DNA from: Octopus sinensis
Taxonomy: Eukaryota
Direction of reading: 5' to 3'
Assembly (NCBI RefSeq): GCF_006345805.1
Contig: NW_021833664.1
Span: 1-54,871, forward strand
DNA length: 54,871 nt
The notes under the pieces are model-generated. The model was given only the letters and a program-made list of their open reading frames with translations. It was not told the origin of the DNA and ran no database searches. The position numbers and the translations under genes are program-made. This document shows positions 11,343 to 21,322 of this stretch, piece by piece (position 1 is the stretch's first letter; the number at the start of each line of letters is the position of its first letter).

Positions 11343-11976
11343 CAAATCTACTAAAATCCAGGATTAGATAATCCAAAATAACTAAATATGTTATTTATTT
11401 AAAATTTAAATAAAAAGGTTAACTATGATTTATATATAATCAGAATCCTACCACACCTAAAAGTATATATCTTACGCGAATTTATTATACTGAAAAATTG
11501 TAAATAATTTATTATTAAAAAAATAAGTTTTTTCAAGTTTCTATGCAAATTTTAGTAAAAAGATAATTGAACTTATAAACCGATAGCATGGTACGTTTTA
11601 TGTATTTATCAAACCACTTGTTTTCAATTCTGGTAGATATTATTAAAAAAATTAAATAACTGTTAAATCCTAATTAGAATTTTTAATTTAGTAAATATTA
11701 AATGTGGAGGTTTCAATATGTCATTATTTCGAGTCAAGTCGGCAATTAAGGTGTCAACCTGTCACATATAATGTGGTTTAAAGCGTGATTGATAAATTTG
11801 TACTATATTTCTCACAATTTTAATAAGAAACTCTTATTGGATTAAAATAAACGTTTTTAAATGTAGATTTTTAGAACCAAAGTCGATCACATAAACAACC
11901 CCTGTATTTTGTTTTTAAATTTCTTTTCTCAAATTTGATGGCTTTACAGTCGGTTGGTTTTTCTTTCACTCTAGAG

Positions 11977-12470
11977 CAGGGGTGTCAAACTCATTTCGCT
12001 TTGAGGGCCGCATTTTGTAACAATTTTGCTTCGAGGGCCGCATTTATAATAATTTCTCATTAAGGGAAGATTAGTTCTGATATTTATTATGATGAATAAC
12101 CAAAATAAGAAAAACTAAAATTTAGTTTTAGTTAATAATTTAGTTACTAAATTATTCAATTATCGCTTTTTAATTTTGGTGAGAGTTGCTTCCAGAGGAT
12201 TAACAACTTTTTAAGTTTTTAAACTTTCCAGGAAGATATGAAAAGAAAGCAGGTATTCTAACCTCCAAATATTTAGCTTTAAGTATAGAATCTGAGTGGA
12301 TTAGTTCCATTTGTAAACTTTCATCTGCATTAGAAACATTAAAAGAGAATGGTGATGCGAATAGTGAAAATTGTTGTTCAAAAGACGAAAAATCATTAAA
12401 TCTTTCTTGAAATTCCTTTAACACCGATTCCATTTTTAATATCTTTGAGCACAAATATTGCTGATGAATG
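11977..12470 (-). mobile_element. hAT transposon 3' end with transposase C-terminal remnant (also about 44428-44921)
   Basis: TIR-like CAGGGGTGTCAAACTCATTT at 11977, preceded by CTCTAGAG (a Buster-type NNNTANNN target). Encodes LKEFQERFNDF...FASPF...LQMELI. Confidence 0.82.
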
Positions 12471-12479
12471 AAAATGAGC

Positions 12480-13370
12480 AAATGATGACCCGGGATAGAC
12501 CTCATCAAGCGAGTCCCCTCTTGGTCTTCCAGGCTTCAGTATCGGCCTTATTAAGGCCTGTTTCCATAAACCCGGAATTACGTTGTTGTTAATAGAATGG
12601 TTGAAGATTGCTGTTAGAAATCTGACACCTTCGACGCCGAGGTTTTTTAATAGGATCACCGGGATTTTGTCCGGGCTGTGAGAGTAAAAAGGTTTTGTTG
12701 AGTGCAAGGTATCTTCCACCTCCTTTACCGAGAGGAGGAGCGGTTCAGCCCGTTTTTTTAGGCTTCTGTTGGAGGGGAGTGAGTCGGATTTCCTGTGATC
12801 TTTATGTGCATTTTTCGCATAGAAATTCATGAGGTTGTTCACGTCTTTTTTATCAAAATCTTCGAAAGGTTCGGGAGCGTCCCCCATGACCACGTGCCGA
12901 ATGGCTTTCCACACTTCACCCGTTGAACGATTGCGGTTCACGGTAGAAAGAATTCGATTCCATTTCAAATAGGTGTGTCTGAGTTCATTGGACTTCAGTT
13001 CCTTGTTTAAGTGTCGGATGCGGGTAATTATGTCAGAAGACATCCGGTTTGACCTTTTGAGGCGATTTCTCTCCTTGGCCAGACCGGATATCCTTCGACT
13101 ACAAGCAGCGAGAGGTGGACGTTTAGGAATAGCCATTGCTCTTGCTTCCAGAATGATCTTCGAGAAGAAGCCAATGGCTTTGCCGAGAAAGCTAAAGTTG
13201 CAAAGTCTAGAGCGAGTCGGCCTTTTCTGGAGCGACAGTAAGCATCCCGACGGGATGCCGACTCTTTCCTTTCAGGTAAGGCAACTCTCGGGTTTGGGAC
13301 GCCTGCGTCGACTCTTTCGGCGACGATGCTACAAGGTAACCATCCCGTGGTTGCTAAATGTCGACTGTAA
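12480..13370 (-). mobile_element. APE-type LINE fragment (linker plus RT N-terminus) interrupting the hAT (also about 44931-45821)
   Basis: PDKIPVILLKNLG...LTAIFNHSI...IPGLWKQALIRPILKPG is typical of the start of a LINE RT domain. Confidence 0.8.
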
Positions 13371-13559
13371 ATCTATCATAATGCCTGTCACAGTGATTGT
13401 CAAAATTAATTTCATTGATTTATAATCAATAACTGTTTCAAACTATAAAGAATTCATTAAAATTCGGCGTTTATGTTTTTTTTATTTCCCCGAACTTAAA
13501 ACTCTAACATATCAATTATTCACTAAACATACTTTATTTCTAATTGAAAAATCGTATTT

Positions 13560-14000
13560 CGATTGATGAACGTTTATTTTTTTATTCATCCGTTTAAAAT
13601 ACGGTGAATTTAAATTCGATGGAGATTTATTTTTAACTGCTTTACAGATGGCATACTTACTGTAAACATCAATGACGATGAATATCCATTTGTAGCCATC
13701 ATTTGGATCATTAAATATTTTAAAGTCTATATTATAGACTCTATAAGGTCTGGTTGAAATCGTTCATTTGGTCTTTTGACTATCACATGGAATGAAGGTC
13801 GGAAACCTGCATTAATTTTGTACTTTAAGTGGAATAGAAAACTTCAAATTGAGCATTCTTTGACAAATCGTTCTATAACTTTTCGCTTTATTGTAAAAAT
13901 AAAAGTGTAAACATTCCTTTTGGAGTTTACAAATTCCAGAAAGGCTATTTCGATGAATAGAATCTGCAATAGTTTGCATTTTATTCTCATTATTCATGAA
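13560..14000 (-). mobile_element. Second degenerate Ginger-type integrase (also about 46011-46451)
   Basis: TIADSIHRNS...KFSIPLK, RPNERFQPDLI and NDGYKWIFIVIDVYSKYAICKAVKNKS align with the integrase at 18.3-19.2 kb. Confidence 0.75.
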
Positions 14001-14299
14001 AATGACTAGTTTGTGCTTTTAAAATCTTTTGTCTTTGAGGTATAAGCAGTCATCAATAACAATAACTTTGTTAGATTTTTAGTTATATATTTTATTTGCT
14101 CTGAGGATGTCTATACAGGTTCTCCATTTAAAATACTCAGGATAGATTGAGCTATTGATATTTTGAGATATTTTTCACAAAACCTATTATTGTATTTACA
14201 GGGAAAAACATTTTAATGAGGACACTTGAAAATTCTGAATCGATGGGCACACTCATCCATCTCGCAGGGCTGGCCTCTTTTCTGGTCGTTCTCAAGTTC

Positions 14300-14950
14300 G
14301 ACTCAATGGTTTTACTCGGAAAAGGTTCCTCAGTTGTTCTATTTGTAAACCGAGTCCTGCGCGATCATTCCAAACTTATGTTTTGCACGCATACTTTCCT
14401 CAGAATGAATTTAAGCTCGTCTGGGTTCTTTGAGATTAACTGAGCCGCAATGATGTTTATAGAATTTACTCACATTATCGTCCCATATTAGTATCAATGT
14501 TACTGTCGTTATTATGGTTTTATGGATTAGTTCCAATTAATTGGCAAGTAGGTCGTACTTATGGCGTTTTTCCACCTCAACTTGTTTCAGGCCTTTTAGA
14601 GAAGTGATCCGATCTATATGATTGTGATTTTGTTCCTCATTTTGTCAAGTAAGAGATGCCCGGTTCGTTATTTTTGACTTTCGTGAGAAGTATTGGTTCA
14701 CTTAATACAAGTCCTCTTCTGTGTTGGCCACTTGGAAAGTAGAGTCTTTTTTTGTTTGCAAGTTTCAGATGAATTCGATGGTGTACGCGGATATTGCGTA
14801 CATTTTTGTCAATTTGTTAAAATTCGGGCTGTTCAATATCGACGAGCCCAGTTTTGACCTTTTTTCCAATCTGGCGGTTATGCAAATATTTATAGGTCAT
14901 GCATAAAAATAAGTGATTTGTCGTATATGTGATACAAACATGATCTTGGG
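14300..14950 (-). mobile_element. Degenerate R4/Dong-like RLE retrotransposon 3' region (also about 46750-47420)
   Basis: Broken frames LLLDKMKNKITIIEIG..QKGLKQVEVEKRHKYDLLAN...ILKTLESM. Confidence 0.65.
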
Positions 14951-16224
14951 ATATAAAAAATAATTTTCAAAAAATATAAATTTTTGAAAATAAAGACTTT
15001 AGATCTTAAAAATAATTTTATGAAACGCGGCATGCACAGAAAATTGTGAATAAGCATGATCATAAACATCCCAGACTGTATTATTAGTTCAGTATAAATT
15101 TTAACTTTTATCTCAAATCAAAAATTCAAATATTGAGGATCACGAAAATATTATGAAAATTGGCGAACTTCTTAGAAAATTAAACAAAAAAGATAAAATC
15201 TACGATTTCTTTGAAAAAAATAATTCTATTATATTTATTATTTATATAAATGAAATTTTAAAGATTTTATAGATTTTAAAGATCTTAACTTTTAATTAGA
15301 ATTAATTATTTAAAATTTAAATTGTCTCTCGAATCCGCCGATTTTTGAACATACCATTACTTTTGAATACACTTTCTTTGTAACATTTGATTGCAGAAAT
15401 CAGCAAAACTTTATTTTTGTTTTCAATATTTTCTAGCGAATCATTTTCAATCACATGTAGCCTGAAGGCGATCTCATTTGTGGTTTTTGACATCAAATAT
15501 TCTATTTCTTCATTGTTATTTTCCAAAGTTTTATCTTGAGAATTTTAACACGTTTGCATTTTTTGATTGCATTATTTTTGCAAGTTTATAAAAAATCCAG
15601 TTTCTATTTCTTGGATCTTTCATGAAATTGTATGAGAAGTGAGTTTTTATTTCTTTTCAGTTTTTATTTCTCCATATAATTGCTACAATCCGAATCAATG
15701 CCGTTTTTTGAATTTATGAGGGAACTATTCAAATTTTAAAATCATGGAGCTGTATATCATTTACAAATACACTTGACCCTCGAAAATTGGCTTAGAATTT
15801 TGTGATCAATTTGAAAAATGAAATAAATAATTAAAAAAACAATGAGCAAATAATTTTTTAAATGCCCTAAATTAATCAAAAAAGTATTTAAGTTTTATTA
15901 AAATGAAATTTGATTCCTAATTGTTTTTTTTATTTCTTTCAATAATACTCGCTTTGTACTTTCTTATTAAAAAACTTAGAGAAGTTTCATGTTCATTCTC
16001 AACATTGGCTAAGAGTGTCTTCTCTATTCCAGTTAATCTAGTTGCAATATTTATTTTGCCCAAATACTTTGTTTTCTGAGATTTTTGTTTACTATGTCAC
16101 GAGCTGAATAAGCTACCGAGCCGGACGCGTTACACCTGTGGACTTAGAAAAAAATTGACCAAAAAATTCAACTTTAATTTCTCAGGTGATTTTGTCAATA
16201 AAAAATGTATAAATTGACAAATAG

Positions 16225-18250
16225 AGACAAGACAAGTTTTATTTCCCAACAAACCCATAAATTAAAGTTAGGGAGAAAGCCAAGAGCAGAACAAGAAACT
16301 AATTAACGTGGGTTTGATTTCATTGTATAGGGTCATTTTATGAGACACCACATGTCTCTTCTTCGCATATACCCAAAAGAATTACATCATAATTTCCATA
16401 AGTGACGTAACAAATCTTCTATCTTTTTGACTTTAGCGTCATAAGCATCTTCGATTTTTGAATTTAAGTTCAATCCAAATGCCAATTTAATAGCAAATCT
16501 TCTGGTCTTTTCCAACTTTTTCACAAAAATGCTACTTTCTTCGGACCTATACCATCCTTGATAGCCATATATCAAGAATGGCTCAATACATGTAGAATAC
16601 ACAAAAAGGAAAATTTCAGGCTCCAAATGAAATCGAGTTAAGGATTTCAACATTCCTGTAGCTTTCTCTCTTCGTGTTTTGATATGATCTTTAAAAGATC
16701 CTCTTCGGTCTATCGATACTCCGAGATACTCCAATTTTCCAGAGTTTTTTATATCTCCTGTATTTACATATTCATTGATATTTTTTCTTTTACTTGCAAT
16801 CCATGTGACTGTTGATTTTTCTCTTGACAGAGTCAACCCATTGTTTTGGCACCACCTCCCAATGTTTTTTATATGGGTTTCTACCCTTTTCCATGAAATT
16901 TGTTTACTTATGCTTGAATCAAGCACAAGAATGTCATCAGCATAAATAATCATACGACTATTTATGCTCTCAGTTTTTGGTAACTCACTCATTACACAAT
17001 TGAAAAGTAGCGGGCTGAGAATTGATCCCTGCGGAACCCCTCTTCGTAATTCAATTTTCTTAGAAATTAAATTTCCAACACGTATATACGACCTCCTTCT
17101 TGAAAGAAAATTTTCTATCCATAATAATGCGGTTCTCCCAATTCCTGCTTTTGATAACGTATCAAGAAGTCCGTAGTGCCAAACACTGTCAAAGGCCTTC
17201 GTTATATCCAAGCACGCTATTGTAAAAAATTCCTTTTTTCTCCTCGAACTATCAATTGCAGATCTTAGCTCTCTGAGACAATCTCCAGTCCCTTTTTTAT
17301 GTCGAAAACCCAATTGATTGTCAGAGAGAAAATTATTATCCTCAACAAGCCTTGAGAGACGATTGAAAACAATTTTCTCCATAATTTTCGAAATTGAGCA
17401 GATTAAGCTAATTGGCCTATAGCTATCTGCTTTTGACTTAGGCTTTCCTTTTTTCACGACCATACGTACAATTGTTCGTTTCCAGGTCGACGGAACATGT
17501 CCAAAACTCCACGAGGAATTGTACAATATATTTAGTAATCCAACTAACGTCTGGTCCGCATTCTTGAAAATACTCATTGGGATGAAATCCCACCCTGGTG
17601 CTTTATTTTTGCAACCTTTTATCGCAGTATTTATTTCTTCTTGTGTTATAGGTTGGCACAAGGGACTATTCAGTTTCGACGTTTCTTTATAATTACTTCT
17701 TGTATTTTGCATTTCTTGTGGAATAAAGGTGGCTGGATCAGTCTCTTGAATTCTGGACAATTGTTTGCGTAATATATCCGGTATTTCTTCCTTCGGAATA
17801 GTAAAACCATCATCTGATTTCAGAGAAATTTCTTCTTTTTTATTACTTGGCGAAACCATTCTTGCAAATAGTTTCCAAAATTTTGGATTCTTTCGATGTA
17901 GCTTTGAACATTCCCTTTTCCATATTTTTTCTTCATTCTTCTTACAACATCCATTATCTTCCTCTTTATTAACTTGATCTGGATTTTAAGTTCTTGGGAG
18001 TCAAAGGAATCCCAACACCTCCTTAATTTATTTTCTAATTTATTCTTCTCCCGACGTAGAGAACGTTCTTCTACTCCTATTATCATATTTTCCTGCGGTA
18101 GGAGATTTTTTCTTTTTCCATAATTTTCCAGATAACTTAGTAATAAGCATCTTAATTTGTTATCCAGGTTATCGATATCTTTCGGTTTCGAAATCCTCAA
18201 AGAATCTATACCACCAAGTTTCATTCTGATCGAACTAATAACAATTAAAG
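16225..18250 (-). mobile_element. Endonuclease-less LINE segment with a complete RT domain (ORF 16387-17859, frame open to about 17980)
   Basis: Motifs KAPGWD, SYRPISL, QLGFR, LDITKAFDSV, GVPQGSILSPLLF, YADD and YLGV. A putative 3' end AATAAAACTTGTCTTGTCT lies near 16225-16245. There is one frameshift in the A-run at 17925-17930. Confidence 0.92.
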
Positions 18251-19229
18251 GGTTAGATCCTTTAATACCGCGGTATCTATGAAATGGAGTATCACCTAAA
18301 AACTTAGAAAATGTGACAATTTAACCTGTAGAAGAATGTTTGGTTAAATTGTAGAAATATACTGCCTCTTTAATATGCTTTGTCCAACATTTTTCTGAAG
18401 ATTCCGACATCATTTTAGATAAGCTTCTCGTAATCGTTTGATTGAACCGTTCAATAATTCCCTGACTCCTGGGGTTATTTGGTCGGCTATGTATTTGCTA
18501 AATTTGGAATTTTTGAAGAATCTCCCGTACGTAAGAATTTCTAAACTCTGTCCCATTATCCGATTGAAGATATTTGCATGGTCCGTTTTCAAAAAATAAA
18601 TCTTTAAGTTGTTCCGCAACTTCTTTCCCACTCTTATTCCGCAAATTCCTTGTGTAGGCATACTTAGAATAAACGTCGATAATTGTGAGTAACCACGAAT
18701 ATGACTCATTACTTTGTTTGAATCTGATAAAAATAAATTTTAAAATTTTCTACCTCCTTAGATCTATCAAATCTATCTGATATCTTTCATTTGGAAGATT
18801 TGCAACAATATGATTTTGCTCATCGCCAACTTTTAATGGTGTGGAAAAACGACACACTGCAAAATCTGACACTACTTTCCGAATAATTTCCCTTTTTATT
18901 CCGAAGTAACTTCGCATGCAATGGTATTCCAAGCTATTGTGTCCACAATGCGATATGTTGTGGATCTGCTTCGCGACCAAATACATCTCTTGAGTGTTGT
19001 CTGTGGAAATAACCAGCTTATGATCTCCATACGGTTGTCACAGATAAAGTCGTCCATTAATAAGAATAAATTTTTCCGCCTTCTTTCTCAATCGGTAATT
19101 ACGCTGTCTAGATTTATGAGAACATGTTTCAGAATCCAAAATTCGACACAAAAAGTCGTATTCTTCGGAATTTTTGATGAATGAACGAGACATTAACAAG
19201 ATAAATACACGCTTATTTTCTTTATTCAT
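18250..19229 (-). pseudogene. Ginger integrase (HHCC + DDE) with two 30-nt introns (18724-18753, 18296-18325) and two nonsense codons
   Basis: Spliced translation IHNISH...SD(F/C)AVC...RYQIDLIDLRR|FKQ...IDVYSKY...QSDNGTEF...SQGIIERFNQT...FYNLTKHSSTG|DTPF. Stops are TGA at 19038-19040 and TAG at 18498-18500. Confidence 0.9.
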
Positions 19230-19769
19230 TCTTGGATTATAGGCTAGCCAAATAAATAATATAATTTATTTGATTTATTAAAATTAGTTATAGTATTTGA
19301 CAAGAAATTAACAAATTAAAGATTAAAAAAAAATTTTAACAGAAAAAAACACAGGTGTAAAGCGTCCGGCTCGGTAACGCGCCGGGCTCGTGACATACTA
19401 TTTTCTTAATCTTCAAAGAATTTTGATTTTCAATAAATGTTTCATTTTCCGTGTATTGAATGCTTAAAAAATTTTCAACTTTGAAAAGATCGAGAATGCC
19501 TGTTTTTCTGATTGTTGTATTATTAATATTGATTTCAAGTTGTCAATCAATGTAGTACAATTCTTTTTTTTCTTTTTGAGCTGAATATTAAAAATTGATC
19601 AACTAATCCATAAATATAGAATTAGCCATTCAAGCTCATTGTGAATTATAATACTAAATGAAGCATTTATAGTCATAATGTCAAAAACATCACGGCATTT
19701 TTGATCTGAAATCACAACTGATTTCAACTTATGGATTCCGCTTATATTTGAGGACAAAATCCGAACTCT

Positions 19770-19980
19770 TTTGAGTTCGTCCCCACCTTGTCTTTGAAAC
19801 CTCAGGAATTGTCGGCAAGACCGCGATTCAACTTTTCACTGACATTGGTAGAAGAACTGACTCTTTTAGCGAATCTCGGTTTCCCTAGTTTGCGGAAACT
19901 CCTACTCAATACGCATTGCGGTGTCGTTGAGCTGACCCTTAGGCTCTCGACTATTCTTTTAACTCTAGCTAGCATCTAAT
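19770..19980 (+). mobile_element. Old CRE 3' remnant (also about 50995-51205)
   Basis: Frame VFETSGIVGKTAIQLFTDIGRR, homologous to the other CRE ends. Confidence 0.65.
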
Positions 19981-20567
19981 CTTTTCTATTTATCATTATT
20001 TAATTTAAAAAAATTCGTAAATGAAATAATACTTTAGTTGCGTATTTTCATGTCATATTTTTTTCTAAGTCAAGAAAAGAACTATTGACTCAGTGTTGAT
20101 AAAAAATTTGAACGACTAGTCATTAGAAATGAGGAAAAGATTAGATTTTACATTGGATTAAAACTTGAAAAAAATTATTTTATAGATTGATTTTTTAAGT
20201 AAAAAATATAGTAAATATAAGACGATGTTTCAAATTGTTTTATCCATTTAAATCGTACATTTAAACAACATTTTTCTAATTGATGTCTACTGGACTCAGT
20301 CAGTCACTTTTCAGTCTCAGTCACTTTTCAGTCTACTGCTTCAAAGAAAGACAAATATCAACAAATTGTTTCTATTTCAGGTTGGCTCTGTAGCTACTGC
20401 ATTACAATACAAAAAGCTTTAAAATGAGCTATGGTCTTTTTTTGTGACATTTTGTTTTGAAGACAATTTTCAAGAACCGCGTCAACAGATAATCATTAAA
20501 TGAAAAATATGAATAAAAATTATTTAAATTAAAGGTAGTTTTTAAAGAATTGAAATCATAACAGTTT

Positions 20568-20588
20568 TCAGAGCTGCCAGGGTCTCCA
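20568..20588 (-). pseudogene. Orphaned last 7 codons (W-R-P-W-Q-L-stop) and downstream region of the HES gene
   Basis: TGGAGACCCTGGCAGCTCTGA is identical to 51797-51817; the upstream sequence is LINE rather than HES. Confidence 0.9.
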
Positions 20589-21076
20589 ATTATTTCGGTG
20601 TTGGAGTCCTTCTTTAGGCTTGTATACGGTAAGGGATTCTCGAAATATTTTATTCCTCTTTTTATAAGGGTCAGTAGACCCCCTCCATGCTCCGACTCGC
20701 GGTCACATCGTAGTGCATCGTATCCAGCAAAAAGAGGAGTAGGGATCCGTTTCGAAAGTTTCGTCTCTTGGAGAAGACAGATATCTATTCGGTTCTCCTC
20801 CAAAAAACTGGCAAGTTCCGCCGTCTTTCCTCGAATCCCGTCAATATTCAGGCATTGTATTGTTAGCTTTGGACCGGGATTCTGTTCCACGTCACCTGAG
20901 GTCAACAGCAACAATCGATAGTAAGTGCCAACGTTGAGAAGATGCCGTCCAGGGGGAAGTCCTCTGGTTGGCGGGGAGCAAATGGTTCTTTTTAGATACC
21001 GTTTAGGACTGTATCCGGCGCCACCAGAAAAGGTGAACCACATGACGCACGCTAAAAATCGTATAGAATCGAACAA
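20589..21076 (-). mobile_element. LINE 5' region: 2A-like peptide followed by a truncated APE endonuclease
   Basis: LLLLTSGDVEQNPGP followed by CLNIDGI...DICLLQETK...GYDALRCDR...GGGLL. The homology is cut at 20589. Confidence 0.9.
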
Positions 21077-21322
21077 AACTGTACAAATAAAATATTAACT
21101 CGTTCCAAAAAAATATTCCCAAAAAAGTTTTTTTATACCAAATAATAATGCTTTCAATATAGAAATTTCGTAAAAATGATAAATTGTATAGTAGTCAGAA
21201 ATGCACAACAATAATTATAAAACAAATAAACCCTTTTTACGATCCAAAAAAGCTGCAAATAACTTGGTATAAAACTAGTAAAAAGCTAGTTGTTCCTTTT
21301 ATAAGAAAATATTTTCGTAATA

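Larger units (their letters stand above)
16095..19395 (-). mobile_element. Ginger-type DNA transposon: TGT..ACA termini, 46-bp imperfect TIRs, 5-bp TSD TACTA, enclosing an integrase and a LINE RT
   Basis: TIRs at 16095-16140 and 19350-19395 share TGTCACGAGC-N9-TACCGAGCCGGACGC-N-TTACACCTGTG. TACTA lies at 16090-16094 and 19396-19400. Confidence 0.92.
1..20588. repeat. Segmental duplication, copy 1 (left end lies outside the window)
   Basis: Base 1 matches 32454 (offset 32453). The offset changes through indels to 31229 at the last shared base (20588 = 51817). The same ORFs appear in the same order. Confidence 0.97.

Noticed and set aside
8934-12000. hAT ends on both sides of the PP2A-B gene (Pack-type capture)
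   Set aside because: The two ends are in direct rather than inverted orientation, differ in sequence and share no 8-bp TSD.
15317-15526. 69-80-aa minus-strand ORF present in both copies, and a similar unassigned 55-codon frame near 53570-53735
   Set aside because: No recognisable motif and no reliable start; cannot be called without a search.
20290-20340. Short tandem repeat of CAGTCACTTTTCAGTCT; CRISPR-like or regulatory array
   Set aside because: Only two abutting units with no spacers, in a eukaryotic context; simple slippage.
20569-20588. CAGAGCTGCCAGGGTCTCCA as a hAT-like terminal repeat at the breakpoint
   Set aside because: It is the reverse complement of the HES WRPWQL codons, and no partner end was found.
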